Translations under genes and position numbers: made by a program
Assembly (NCBI GenBank): GCA_035559535.1
Contig: DATMBG010000040.1
Span: 124,001 to 170,719, forward strand
Direction: 5' to 3'
Length of the DNA stretch: 46,719 nucleotides
From: Candidatus Limnocylindrales bacterium
GTDB taxonomy: Bacteria > Moduliflexota > Moduliflexia > Moduliflexales > JAUQPW01
Notes under the pieces: generated by a model
Databases searched by the model: none
Seen by the model: the letters and a program-made list of their open reading frames with translations, nothing else
What the model was told of the DNA's origin: nothing
In this document: in pieces, positions 28,535 to 40,144 of the stretch
How the letters are laid out: each line of letters opens with the position of its first letter
Numbering within the stretch: position 1 is the stretch's first letter

Positions 28535-29467
28535 TTAGGAATTTAATTTCGCTCGATGCTTTTCATCTACAAGTTTTAGACAGGCGTAAATAACCTGGTT
28601 GACCGGAGTTGGGATAGATAGCTCTTTTCCCAATCGGACGACGGTTCCGTTTAAAGCTTCTATCTCTATCCGCTTTTCATTTTCCAGATCCCGAAGCAGG
28701 GAAGCCTTACTCTCTTTAGTGAAAGTTGTAGCAATGGCTAAAATTCTATCGATGAGATCCGGATCCAGAAAGAGGCCTAAACCTTCCGCCACTGCTATGG
28801 ATTCTTTCAGGGCTGCCAGGAAGATCTCCCGTGTTTGTGGGAACTCTATGGCTTCCCGCATCGGAGTACGCGTCAACCCTGTTAAGCCACTGGCAGCACA
28901 AATAAACACAAATTTACTCCACAGGGCTTTCTTCATATTTTCAGAAAGCTCACAATTAATTCCGGCTTTCTGAAACAGGTTAAAAAGACGCCGTGCCCGG
29001 TCTGTTATAGGTCCCTGAAGTTCTCCAAAAACAATCTTCCGGGGTCCCGCTGTTTGAGAAATAACTCCCGGAGCACTGATATGGGATTCAATATAGACGG
29101 CTCCAACCATCACCTTCTCTTCCCCTACGATTTTCCCAATTTTCTCTCCGTTGTCAACCCCATTTTGCAAAGTTAAGACCACCGTCTGGTTACCGAGGTT
29201 GGATAAAATCTGCCTGGCGGCATTTTCGGTATCATAGGTCTTTACACAAAACAGGATCACATCCACGAGTCCCGCTTCCTGAGGTTGAGCGATGGCTTTT
29301 ACTTTAAGAGAAAAATCTCCGACTACACTCTTAACCGTTAATCCCCGTTCCTTCAACGCCCGGAGATGTTCGCCCCGGGCAACGAAATAAACCTCCTCCC
29401 CGGCCTTTGCTAAAAGTCCACCAAAATACCCCCCTACCCCTCCTGTACCCATGACGAGAATTCGCAT
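28535..29467 (-). CDS. panE: Ketopantoate reductase (PanE/ApbA family)
   Basis: MRILVMGTGGVGGYFGG, VKTYD, TLQNG, WSKF, SLLRDL..EIEALNG. Confidence 0.92.
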   Translation of the reverse strand: MRILVMGTGGVGGYFGGLLAKAGEEVYFVARGEHLRALKERGLTVKSVVGDFSLKVKAIAQPQEAGLVDVILFCVKTYDTENAARQILSNLGNQTVVLTLQNGVDNGEKIGKIVGEEKVMVGAVYIESHISAPGVISQTAGPRKIVFGELQGPITDRARRLFNLFQKAGINCELSENMKKALWSKFVFICAASGLTGLTRTPMREAIEFPQTREIFLAALKESIAVAEGLGLFLDPDLIDRILAIATTFTKESKASLLRDLENEKRIEIEALNGTVVRLGKELSIPTPVNQVIYACLKLVDEKHRAKLNS

Positions 29468-29752
29468 GAATGAAGCTCCACATCTGATGTTCAAAGCCCA
29501 AAGCTTCTCCTGTCCTGGTTTGTGACTTCAGACCTTGAATCCAGAATCCTCAACACAAATTTCTATCCCCTATCTCTCTTAGAATTGGTAATTACACATG
29601 ATACAAGACCCCTGCCGGGTTGTCAATTAAAATTCCTTATCGCTTTTTAGCGATCCTGGAAATGGTATTCCCATATCGATGTGAGCTCCTTTTCACCTTA
29701 AAAGTCAAAACCAGATCAATAAGAAATCCCTCTTAAACTCTCCACTGAAAGC

Positions 29753-29781
29753 TTGACAGAAAGGCCGGGGGACGCTATCAT
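29753..29781 (+). promoter_or_regulatory. sigma70-type promoter, near-leaderless
   Basis: TTGACA-17 nt-TATCAT, 8 nt before ATG 29790, no SD. Confidence 0.7.
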
Positions 29782-29789
29782 ACGGTACC

Positions 29790-30713
29790 ATGATACCATA
29801 TATTATTCGACGTTTGTTATGGGTTATTCCTGTCATTCTGGGAGTGTCTACCCTTGTCTTCTTTTTTATCCATCTTATTCCTGGGGATCCTGTGGAATTG
29901 ATGTTAGGGGAAAGTGCAGAGCCTGCCGATAAAGCTGCTCTGCGGGAAGAGCTGGGACTTAACAAGCCTATCCTTCAGCAGTATACCCAATTTCTCTGGA
30001 GACTTGCCCAGGGTAACCTGGGAAGATCCCTGCATACCCACAAACCGGTTTTACAGAGTATTCTTACCCGGTATCCGGCTACCCTGGAATTGACCTTTGC
30101 GGCCTTAGGTATTGCAGTGATAATTGCGATCCCGGTAGGGGTTATGGCAGCCACGCGACAGTATTCCTGGTTAGATAACGGTTCTATGTTTCTGGCTTTG
30201 TTAGGGGTTTCCATGCCTAATTTCTGGTTGGGTCCCCTGTTCATTATTTTATTTTCCATTAACCTGGGATGGTTACCCGTATCCGGAAGAGGGGGATGGG
30301 ATCATCTCATCCTGCCGGCCATAACCCTGGGTATGGCCATGGCCGCAATCCTGACCCGTATGACCCGTTCCAGTGTTCTGGAGGTGATCCATGAGGACTA
30401 TATTCGAACCGCTCGGGCCAAGGGACTTCGGGAGAGTGTGGTTATTTTTAAGCATGCTCTCCGAAATGCTCTGATCCCGGTAATTACCCTGATAGGTCTT
30501 CAATTCGGTACATTGCTCTCCGGGGCTGTGATCACGGAAACGATCTTTGCCTGGCCAGGAATCGGACGGTTAACTATTGAAGCCATCAATAAGCGGGATT
30601 ATCCTCTGGTACAGGGATGCATACTGGTTATTGCTTTGTCTTATGTCCTGGTAAACCTGATTACAGACCTGATCTACTCCCTGGTGGATCCTCGAATTAG
30701 ATATGAAAAATAG
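29790..30713 (+). CDS. Peptide/nickel ABC transporter permease (DppB/OppB/NikB family)
   Basis: YIIRRLL, PGDP, GNLGRS, DYIRTARAKG, HALRNALIP, ETIFAWPGIG, DPRIR. Confidence 0.95.
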   Translation: MIPYIIRRLLWVIPVILGVSTLVFFFIHLIPGDPVELMLGESAEPADKAALREELGLNKPILQQYTQFLWRLAQGNLGRSLHTHKPVLQSILTRYPATLELTFAALGIAVIIAIPVGVMAATRQYSWLDNGSMFLALLGVSMPNFWLGPLFIILFSINLGWLPVSGRGGWDHLILPAITLGMAMAAILTRMTRSSVLEVIHEDYIRTARAKGLRESVVIFKHALRNALIPVITLIGLQFGTLLSGAVITETIFAWPGIGRLTIEAINKRDYPLVQGCILVIALSYVLVNLITDLIYSLVDPRIRYEK

Positions 30714-31509
30714 ATTGGCTCGCATAGGTTTACTGATCATCTCCCTGTTGATTTTCACGGCCATCTTTGCCCCTTTCCTGGCCCCCTATGATCCTACCGA
30801 TCAAAAGATGGAAGAAGGTTTGAATCCTCCAAGTCCTGAACACCCCTTTGGTCAGGATCGTCTGGGGCGGGATATTTTAAGCCGGATCATCTACGGGTCC
30901 AGAATATCTTTGGGAGTTGGTATGGCTACCGTGGGTGTTTCCTTAACCCTTGGACTCTTCATTGGTTCTATAGCCGGATATTACGGAGGTTTAGTCGATC
31001 AGCTCTTCATGAGGATAATTGATATTTTACAGGCCTTCCCGGGCATTTTACTGGCCATTTCTATTATCGCCATCCTGGGCCCCAGTTTGAGTCATGTCAC
31101 TCTGGCTTTATGCTTAATGGGATGGGTCAGTTATGCCAGGATCGTGCGAGGCCAGGTTCTATTTTTACGTGAATATGAGTATGTTGCAGCCGCAAAAGCC
31201 TTAGGAGCCAGCGCCTCAAGGATTATTCTCCATCATATCCTACCCAACTTATTAGCCCCCGTTATGGTTCAGGCTACTTTTGGTATGGCAGGGGCCATTC
31301 TGGCAGAGGCAGGACTCAGTTTTCTGGGATTGGGAGCACAACCTCCAACCCCAAGCTGGGGATCTATGCTCAACGAAGGAAGGCAATTTCTTTTAGTTGC
31401 CCCCCATTTGACGACTTTTCCGGGGTTGGCTATTATGATAGTCGTTCTAGGGTTTAATTTTCTGGGGGACGGATTACGAGATATGTTAGATGTAAAAAGT
31501 GCCGATTGA
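30703..31509 (+). CDS. Peptide/nickel ABC transporter permease (DppC/OppC family)
   Basis: HPFGQDRLGRDILSRIIYG, EYVAAAKALG, HILPN, LSFLGLG..PPTPSWG, GDGLRD. Confidence 0.95.
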   Translation: MKNRLARIGLLIISLLIFTAIFAPFLAPYDPTDQKMEEGLNPPSPEHPFGQDRLGRDILSRIIYGSRISLGVGMATVGVSLTLGLFIGSIAGYYGGLVDQLFMRIIDILQAFPGILLAISIIAILGPSLSHVTLALCLMGWVSYARIVRGQVLFLREYEYVAAAKALGASASRIILHHILPNLLAPVMVQATFGMAGAILAEAGLSFLGLGAQPPTPSWGSMLNEGRQFLLVAPHLTTFPGLAIMIVVLGFNFLGDGLRDMLDVKSAD

Positions 31510-31533
31510 GCCTCCCTGGAAGGGAAAGGTAAA

Positions 31534-32049
31534 CTAAGATTTTTTCAGTCGGGATTTCAACTTCTCCAGCTCATCTCCCACCGCCAAATCTTCGAATTTC
31601 TTATCGAGTGGGTGTTCCTGGGAATTCACCAGCATTTCTAACTCGGCCAGCAAGCGAGGAGCGTCTATGGAAGGCGCATGTTGTTGGGCCTTCAGTTTGA
31701 GCTTCTCTTTCAAAATAGCGTTTTTATCTCGAAGTTGTGTATATTCAGATTTTAACTTTTCGACTTCCTGTTCCAGGAAATCAACCTGTTTTTGAGCCTC
31801 CTGCATGAGGGTCAGGTCTTGAACGTGCTGAGCTAAGGAAACCCGCTGCTTCCATTGCTCCAGTTCCCGTTCTTTCTGTTGAAGATTCTTTTCGGTGATT
31901 TTCTCTGTCAGAAGAAATCTCCAGACATATTCTCTGGTTTCTTCATAGGAGAGAGGGTCAATCAGGAGATCCGAATCCTTTTGCATCCCGGTATTTGACG
32001 GGGAAGGTTCGGTTGAGTTAGATTTAGGATCTAGGGGATTTTGTTCCAT
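31534..32049 (-). CDS. Coiled-coil protein, PspA/IM30-like
   Basis: W..R..LA...DL...A pattern, long coiled coil, C-terminal F.DL...DELEKLK. Confidence 0.55.
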   Translation of the reverse strand: MEQNPLDPKSNSTEPSPSNTGMQKDSDLLIDPLSYEETREYVWRFLLTEKITEKNLQQKERELEQWKQRVSLAQHVQDLTLMQEAQKQVDFLEQEVEKLKSEYTQLRDKNAILKEKLKLKAQQHAPSIDAPRLLAELEMLVNSQEHPLDKKFEDLAVGDELEKLKSRLKKS

Positions 32050-32050
32050 G

Positions 32051-33346
32051 TTAGTTTATAATTTTAAATCGTCTGGCTTTCATTTCAAACCGGGGGAGGC
32101 TACCCGGTTCGGCCAGTGTAATGTGCGTTCTCAAATTCAATTGGGCACGCAGGGTTTGAAAAACTTTTTCCTGAATTTGCTTTTTTTCTTCCTCACTTCC
32201 TTTAATTTCTAACTTCAGATGAAGTTCTTCCATCTCTTTTTCCCGGTAAATTTCTGCACTGAACTCCTCAACTTGATGGAACTGACGGATAATATTCTCA
32301 ATGGCGCTGGGGAAAATATTCACTCCCCGAACGGTAATCATATCATCCACCCGGCCCAGAATCCCTCCCATCATGCGCGCAAATCTTCGACCACATTCAC
32401 AAGGATCTTCATTTAATTCCACCAGATCTCCCGTTCTATAACGAATCACCGGGGTTCCCCACCGGCCCAGATTGGTTATGACCAATTCTCCTTTTCTACC
32501 TGCCGGGAGAGCTTTCCCGGTACTGGGATCGATGACTTCGGCGATAAATTCTCCTTCATTGAGATGAATGCCGCCGGGTTGAACGCTGCATTCATACCCG
32601 AAAGCTCCCACTTCCGTTGCCCCGGCATGATCGAAACACTTGGCTCCCCAGGCCATTTCAATCTTTTTTTTCGTGGCCGGAATACTGGCTCCCGGCTCAC
32701 CGGCATGAATGGTAATCCGAATGGAAGATTTAGCAATATCGATTCCGTTTTCCTCGGCAATACTGGCTAATCGGAGGGCATAGCTCGGGGTACATACTAA
32801 AACGGTTGCCTGGGTTTCCAGCATCAGTTTAAGCCTTTGCAGAGAATCCAGTCCACCCCCCGAAATTCCCAAACACCCTATGGATTGGGCTCCATCAAAG
32901 GCACTCCAGAAACCGATAAAAGGTCCAAAGGAAAATCCGAAAAAAACCCTATCGCCCCACCCGACCCCCGCAGCCCGATAAATGTAATTCCAACATTTAA
33001 TCCACCACTCCCAACTTTCCCGGGTATCCAGGATTCGAAGCGGCTTTCCGGTTGTACCAGAAGTCTGATGGTAGCGAACATATTCCTTCAAAGGATAAGT
33101 CAGGTTGGTTCCATAGGGTGGATGGTCTTCTTGATCCTGGGATAATTCACTTTTAGTGGTAAAGGGAAGATGAGAGAGAGATTCCAGACTGCTTAAATCC
33201 TCAGGGACGATCCCGGCTTCTTGAAGCTTTCGTGTATAGAAAGGGTTTTTTTGGTAAATCTCCCTCAGAAGCCTTCTTAACCTTGTGAATTGATGCTGGA
33301 TTAGAATCTCTCGTTCAGCACACTCTATCTCTGGATTGAAGTACAT
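32051..33346 (-). CDS. Phenylacetate-CoA ligase family protein (PaaK-like)
   Basis: LPFTTKSEL, TSGTTGKP, CTPSY, AGEPG, RYRTGD, GRVDDM..RGVNIFPS. Confidence 0.9.
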   Translation of the reverse strand: MYFNPEIECAEREILIQHQFTRLRRLLREIYQKNPFYTRKLQEAGIVPEDLSSLESLSHLPFTTKSELSQDQEDHPPYGTNLTYPLKEYVRYHQTSGTTGKPLRILDTRESWEWWIKCWNYIYRAAGVGWGDRVFFGFSFGPFIGFWSAFDGAQSIGCLGISGGGLDSLQRLKLMLETQATVLVCTPSYALRLASIAEENGIDIAKSSIRITIHAGEPGASIPATKKKIEMAWGAKCFDHAGATEVGAFGYECSVQPGGIHLNEGEFIAEVIDPSTGKALPAGRKGELVITNLGRWGTPVIRYRTGDLVELNEDPCECGRRFARMMGGILGRVDDMITVRGVNIFPSAIENIIRQFHQVEEFSAEIYREKEMEELHLKLEIKGSEEEKKQIQEKVFQTLRAQLNLRTHITLAEPGSLPRFEMKARRFKIIN

Positions 33347-33354
33347 GGTATTAT

Positions 33355-33383
33355 ACTTTATCAAACAACCGGAATCTTGTCAA
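33355..33383 (-). promoter_or_regulatory. sigma70-type promoter, near-leaderless
   Basis: Minus strand TTGACA-17 nt-TAAAGT, 8 nt before ATG 33346. Confidence 0.65.
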
Positions 33384-33444
33384 GGGAATTGTCCTTATCC
33401 AACAGGGTTTTTACCGGCTTCTTGAAAAAATATGGGTAAAAGCC

Positions 33445-33473
33445 TTGACAAGAACCGGAGAATTATATAAGTT
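33445..33473 (+). promoter_or_regulatory. sigma70-type promoter of metK-ahcY
   Basis: TTGACA-17 nt-TAAGTT. Confidence 0.6.
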
Positions 33474-33597
33474 CTTACAATTAACTTATCCTGTGTTATA
33501 GGTCCCAACTCTTAAACTTAAGCGAAGGAGAAAGAATCCTTAAACTTTGCAGGATAGTCTTGTTTGCAGAAGTTTAAGGAACTGAGAGCCAAAAAGA

Positions 33598-34749
33598 ATG
33601 GAACGTAAAGACTATCTTTTTACGTCGGAGTCAGTAACTGAAGGACATCCAGATAAAATAGCCGATCAAATTTCAGACGCCGTACTTGATGCGATTCTGG
33701 CCGAAGATCCTATGGGTCGGGTAGCTTGTGAGACGATTGTAACCACAGGAATTGCCTTTGTGGCAGGAGAAATTACCACCAAATGTTATGTGGACATCCC
33801 TAAAATCGTTCGAAATACCATTAAAGATGTGGGATATACACGGGCCAAATATGGATTTGATTATGAGACTTGCGCGGTAGTTACGGCCATTGATGAGCAA
33901 TCTCCGGATATTGCCATGGGGGTAGATCCTGGAGGAGCCGGGGATCAGGGTTTAATGTTTGGATATGCCACCGACGAAACCGAAGAACTGATGCCCACAC
34001 CCATTATGATAGCTCATAAGCTGACCATGAGATTGGCTGAGGTTCGTAAGAAAGATATCCTGCCCTATATCCGTCCGGATGGTAAATCCCAGGTAACCAT
34101 TGAATATATAGATGGGAAACCTGTAAGGGTTGATACCGTAGTTATTTCTGCTCAGCATAGTCCGGATGTGGATATCAAGACCCTCCGGGAAGACATTATC
34201 GAAAAAGTCGTAGAACCCGTTCTTCCCAAAGAGCTGTTCAATCCTTATAACATCAAATACCATATCAATCCCACAGGTCGCTTTGTGGTAGGAGGACCCC
34301 ACGGAGATACCGGCCTTACCGGTAGAAAAATTATTGTCGATACCTATGGTGGCGTAGGGAGCCACGGTGGAGGCGCTTTTTCCGGAAAAGATCCTTCTAA
34401 AGTAGATCGTTCGGCTTCTTATATGGCCCGGCATATTGCAAAAAATATTGTGGCTGCCGGTCTTGCTAAGAAATGCGAAATCCAGATTGCCTATGCCATT
34501 GGCATTGCAGATCCGGTTTCTATTATGATAGATACCCAAGGTACAGGTATTCTACCCAATAGTGAGCTTAAACGTATCGTCCGGGAAATTTTTGATTTAA
34601 CTCCTAAAGGAATTATTAACTATCTTGATCTTCGAAGACCTATTTATAAAAAGACCGCTGCTTATGGACACTTTGGCCGAAATGAGCCGGAATTTACCTG
34701 GGAAAAAACCAATCGTGTAGAGGACCTCAGAGCAGCCGCCGGTCTTTAA
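33598..34749 (+). CDS. metK: S-adenosylmethionine synthetase
   Basis: [48 protein letters not shown]. Confidence 0.99.
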   Translation: MERKDYLFTSESVTEGHPDKIADQISDAVLDAILAEDPMGRVACETIVTTGIAFVAGEITTKCYVDIPKIVRNTIKDVGYTRAKYGFDYETCAVVTAIDEQSPDIAMGVDPGGAGDQGLMFGYATDETEELMPTPIMIAHKLTMRLAEVRKKDILPYIRPDGKSQVTIEYIDGKPVRVDTVVISAQHSPDVDIKTLREDIIEKVVEPVLPKELFNPYNIKYHINPTGRFVVGGPHGDTGLTGRKIIVDTYGGVGSHGGGAFSGKDPSKVDRSASYMARHIAKNIVAAGLAKKCEIQIAYAIGIADPVSIMIDTQGTGILPNSELKRIVREIFDLTPKGIINYLDLRRPIYKKTAAYGHFGRNEPEFTWEKTNRVEDLRAAAGL

Positions 34750-34823
34750 AGGTTGATCTGTTGTAAGGTCGTGAGGGGAAAAGGAGTAGAGCCGTGGAAT
34801 GATGAAATCAGGGAGTGGTATAG

Positions 34824-36137
<1,314 letters not shown>

Positions 36138-36139
36138 GA

Positions 36140-36229
36140 GGGACGCGGGGTTATGGGACACGGGGACTGGAAGACGCGGGGAAATGTCTCCCAGTCCCCG
36201 TGTCGCCGCGTCTCATAACTCCGCGTCCC
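36140..36229. terminator. Long hairpin of GGGAC(A/G)CG-type short repeats between convergent genes; probable bidirectional terminator
   Basis: GGGACGCGGGGTTATGGGAC pairs with GTCTCATAACTCCGCGTCCC; inner GACACGGGGACTGG pairs with CCAGTCCCCGTGTC. Confidence 0.7.
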
Positions 36230-36257
36230 AAAACCCCCAGGTCCCCCGGATTGCCGG

Positions 36258-37949
36258 TTACGCCGCATGCCACTTTCCGGTTCGTAGATTCCAACTGGCT
36301 ACCCGAAACAGAACCAGCACAGCACTTTGACTGATCCTCTCATCGGGGCTGTGGGAGAGGTTTTCCAGGTTTCTAATTTCAATTTGTTGACCCTGTTGCC
36401 TTAACAACCTGGCCATATTGGCTTTTATAATATAAGGATCCGGTAAGTTTAAAAAGGGAAGAATCAGTTTTGTCAGCTCCCGATCCATTCTTTCCATGGC
36501 ATCCAACAAAGCAAGGCGTTCTTGCCGGTCGGCTTTTTTCAACTTTTTAATAATTTCTACCAGAGGTTCCCCATCGTCTAAAGTTTCGAAGGTTTTAAAA
36601 ACCTTTTGTTTAATTTGATCATTTTCCTCTTCAAGATACTGAATAATCGGTTCCGTGATCTCCGGATCTTTTAAGGATTTCAGAGTTTCCTCGGTAATCA
36701 AATTCTGCAGGAGCATTTCTAATTCGGCTTTTAAAACCTTTTTGAGAAGCGGGATGATCTGATGGGGTTGATTTTCAAGTTGAACGGCCTGTTCCTTCCA
36801 CAATTTCACAGGAGCCTTAGAGATATAAATATCCCCTATGTATTCCAGAATTTCGGCTGCCAGAATCCTCCCAAATCCATCCACCGACTTATCCCGAAGT
36901 AGATCCAGGAGCTTTTCAACTACTCGAGGCGAGGCCATTTTTCTCAAAACCTCTGCTACGTTCATCCGCAACGGTTCTCCCTTTTGTCGGAGTATATCCA
37001 CCAGAGCATCGACGGCTTCATCGTTACCCAACTCACTCATCGCCTCGATAATACTGAGGCGAAGAAAGTCCTCCTCTTCCCGGCTAAAAATCTCCTTGAA
37101 GAAGGGAAGTGCCTGGGGATTTTTCCATTTACCTACAATCTCAATGAGATTTCGTTGGGCTATTTTGTTTAAATTCTTAAAATAAGAAAAGATCTCCTCT
37201 ACAGGAAGGTTGCGATATTCTTGAAAGATTTCGGCAGCAATTTCCTGAATCTCCGGATTTTCATCCCCTAAAGTTCTCATCACCAATTCCAGCTTTCGTT
37301 CACTCTCTAGATTTCGCAGGGCTTCAATGGCATTCTGACGAACCCGTGGGTCTCGATCGTTGAGGAGATCGGCCAGGATATCGATCATGTTATTGGAGGC
37401 AATCTTTCCGATTACATAAGCCGCCCCTGCTCGCATGTCCCCTTTGTTATCCTGAACCATATTTTTCAAGGTTTCCAGGGCTTCCTGGCTTCCAACTTGA
37501 TGTAAAGCAATAATGGTATTAACTCTCACCCGACTATCCGGATCTTCCAGGAGAGGGTTTAAGACTTGATTGACTTTTTCCCCTCCAATCCGATGAAGGG
37601 CCTCTACAGCCTCCGCACGAACCATTTTGTCTTTATCCTTGAGTTTTGAGGTCACAAGGGGAATTTCCTTGGAGCTTCCTAATAATCCTATTCCTTTGAC
37701 GGCGGTTGCTCTAACTAAAGGATGAATATCTTCTATAGACAAAATCATCGCTTCCAGTGCCTGCATGCCTCCAATTTTAATGAGAGCCTCCAAAGCCAAA
37801 ATTTTAACCTCTGAATGGGTTTCTTGAATGGCAACCTGGACCAACGCCTTTACGGCTTTTTTATTTTTAAGTTCACCTAAAGCAAAAATAGCCTTTTTCC
37901 TTATTTCAATATCTTTACTCGAAAGCAACTCAACGATGCTTCTTGTCAT
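36258..37949 (-). CDS. HEAT repeat (PBS lyase-like) protein
   Basis: Many L.D.D..VR..A..AL..IG repeats. Confidence 0.88.
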   Translation of the reverse strand: MTRSIVELLSSKDIEIRKKAIFALGELKNKKAVKALVQVAIQETHSEVKILALEALIKIGGMQALEAMILSIEDIHPLVRATAVKGIGLLGSSKEIPLVTSKLKDKDKMVRAEAVEALHRIGGEKVNQVLNPLLEDPDSRVRVNTIIALHQVGSQEALETLKNMVQDNKGDMRAGAAYVIGKIASNNMIDILADLLNDRDPRVRQNAIEALRNLESERKLELVMRTLGDENPEIQEIAAEIFQEYRNLPVEEIFSYFKNLNKIAQRNLIEIVGKWKNPQALPFFKEIFSREEEDFLRLSIIEAMSELGNDEAVDALVDILRQKGEPLRMNVAEVLRKMASPRVVEKLLDLLRDKSVDGFGRILAAEILEYIGDIYISKAPVKLWKEQAVQLENQPHQIIPLLKKVLKAELEMLLQNLITEETLKSLKDPEITEPIIQYLEEENDQIKQKVFKTFETLDDGEPLVEIIKKLKKADRQERLALLDAMERMDRELTKLILPFLNLPDPYIIKANMARLLRQQGQQIEIRNLENLSHSPDERISQSAVLVLFRVASWNLRTGKWHAA

Positions 37950-38180
37950 AAGATCAACTCCAGAGGTTAGAAGTAAAAATAACTCATTATGTGGGTTATA
38001 CAGCTAAACCCCCCTTTACGGCCTGGTTTGATTATTCGTTGGCACGGTTGCTTGTAATTACCCTACTTTAAAATATTTGTCAACTAAATAAATGAAGATA
38101 TCCCTGAATATTTACTAAGAAAGACGCCGACCTTCAGGTTCTTAACCGTTTACCATCCGGAGTTCCTGATCGATCCCATT

Positions 38181-38540
38181 TTATAAGTCTTCCGCATCAC
38201 TTTCCCTGGGATCTGGAGTTAACTCCCCGGATTCAACGGCCTCCTCAACCATCTGATCAAAATCATCTCCCACCTCTTCGCCCATTTCTTTCCCCATCTT
38301 CTTCATCCAACGGGCAATGCTTGCAGGATCATTTTCATCTAATCCACTTAAACGACTCGGATCGGCCAGGGCCTCCAATCGGGCTTCTTCGGATCTGAGG
38401 GTAGCAAACCTGGAGAAAAGACGTCTGAGGTCTTCGCTTCCACATTTTTGGCACTCCAGTTTACCTGGATTGTGGATATTTCGAATGAAAAACGTACTTT
38501 TTCTTCCACATGAATTACAGCGATATTCGTAAATAGGCAT
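38181..38540 (-). CDS. FmdB-family zinc ribbon protein
   Basis: MPIYEYRCNSCG...CQKCGS..LRRLFS; acidic tail. Confidence 0.9.
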   Translation of the reverse strand: MPIYEYRCNSCGRKSTFFIRNIHNPGKLECQKCGSEDLRRLFSRFATLRSEEARLEALADPSRLSGLDENDPASIARWMKKMGKEMGEEVGDDFDQMVEEAVESGELTPDPRESDAEDL

Positions 38541-38876
38541 ATCTGCAGTAAAACGTAAGGTGTAATACGTAAGTACCCGGCGGATAAAACCCGCAAAACT
38601 CTGCCGAAAACTTACTTCTAACGTATTACATTTTACGTTTTAAATTTCTCGTTAAGGAGGTAATCGGATACTCCTTCGATAGGTTAGTAGGTTAAAAGGA
38701 CTCTGTCAATAAAATTATCGGTTCCGGGGAATACAGGCAGGACACCCGCCGGATCTGGTGAGTTAATTTATTAGAATAAGGTTTTAATTTTATTTGACAC
38801 CGTTAAGAAAAGAAGGTATTCAGGTAAAACCACCCTCACCATCAGATTATAACCTTGCAATGGAAAAGGAGTTTTT

Positions 38877-39557
38877 ATGAAGGCTTTTTTAACCCCATCT
38901 GAATTAGAGGCTCTGAAAAAATTTGATAGTCCGACAATTTCCAATGCCATTGAAACCTTTAACATAAGACCACGAACCGAAGGATACCTGGGCCCCGAAA
39001 TTCAATGCAGGTTCCCCAAACTTGGGGTCATGGTCGGTTATGCTCTGACCGTTACCTTTGATACCCGACAACCGGGGGAAACCCGAAGCTGGGACATGCT
39101 CTTTAAGGTTTTTGAAGCGGTGCAGGCTGCCCCAAAACCGGTTGTAGCCGTGTTCAAAGACCTCTCAAAAAAACGTGGTTGGGCCGCTTACTGGGGAGAG
39201 ATCATGACGACCATCATGAAAAAATTAGGTACTGTAGGGGTTGTAACCGATGGAGCCGTACGAGACTTGGAGCAGGTAGAGAAAATCGGCTTTCATTTCT
39301 TCTCCTCCACTGTCGTGGTTTCCCATGGGGATTTAAAAATTGTGGATATAAACATCCCGGTAGAAATTACGGGCGTTACCATCAAACCGGGTGACCTTCT
39401 CCATGGAGATATGAACGGCGTTGTGATGATCCCCGAAGAAATCGCAAAGGAGGTGATCACCGCATCCCAGAAAATTATAGATCGGGAGTCTCAGATTTTA
39501 CATGTGATTAAGCGGGAAGGTTTTGATCCTTCTCAGTTGAGGGAGTTTTATCACTGA
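38877..39557 (+). CDS. RraA-family / HMG aldolase-like protein
   Basis: DSPTISNAIE, GYALT, AYWGEIM, VTDGAVRD, PGDLLHGDMNGVV.IP. Confidence 0.9.
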   Translation: MKAFLTPSELEALKKFDSPTISNAIETFNIRPRTEGYLGPEIQCRFPKLGVMVGYALTVTFDTRQPGETRSWDMLFKVFEAVQAAPKPVVAVFKDLSKKRGWAAYWGEIMTTIMKKLGTVGVVTDGAVRDLEQVEKIGFHFFSSTVVVSHGDLKIVDINIPVEITGVTIKPGDLLHGDMNGVVMIPEEIAKEVITASQKIIDRESQILHVIKREGFDPSQLREFYH

Positions 39558-39811
39558 GGCTTCTCTGACTTGAACCCTTGAGGCGAGACGCTTCCTTCGA
39601 TTTGCCCGGAACTTACTTTGAGCCTGTCGACGGGAGAGGGTTTCGCCCAGGGTAGGTCTGTGATTTGTTCTGCTCCCACAAGTTCTGACTCTGAAGCCCG
39701 ACCCAAATTTTAACCTTATCCCCCTGCCACCCACACCTCAGGGATCTTCCCCGGAAATCATCTCCGGTTTCCTACCCTCCGGTTAATCAAAAAGACCTTT
39801 TATGGAATTAA

Positions 39812-39827
39812 TGGCACTCCCTTTGCT
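39812..39827 (+). promoter_or_regulatory. sigma54 (-24/-12) promoter
   Basis: TGGCACTCCCTTTGCT, near-consensus TGGCAC-N5-TTGC. Confidence 0.7.
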
Positions 39828-39887
39828 CTTTTAATAACTAAAAGGCTTAAGATTCCTGTTATTTCAGAACTTTAAACCTTATGGGGC

Positions 39888-40037
39888 AAGTATCTTTCAA
39901 CTCCCCTGGGGCATAGCCTGGCTACCTTACTCGGGTCTGATCCTAAGAGTCGAATGGATGAAGATCTTGTTCGGATGAAACCTTTCCTCGAAACCGGAAA
40001 ACGACCCCATGATGCTGCTGCTTATAATCGCTCGTAA
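39888..40037 (+). pseudogene. C-terminal remnant of an SRPBCC (cyclase/dehydrase) family gene
   Basis: Hand translation KYLSTPLGHSLATLLGSDPKSRMDEDLVRMKPFLETGKRPHDAAAYNRS*, matching the GH..A.L.G.DP...MD.DL.R.K..LETG tail; in-frame TAA at 39873, no upstream ATG. Confidence 0.6.
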
Positions 40038-40144
40038 TCTCTTTTTTCGTCCCTTGGATAAGGAGGAATAAGAAAATTTGGCCAAAACTCAATCGGTTAC
40101 AGTCATTACAACGTTTACTTAAATCTGAATAGCCACCGTGATTT

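Noticed and set aside
38040-38056. TGGCACG sigma54-like motif
   Set aside because: No GC at the -12 position with N10 spacing, and no plus-strand gene follows
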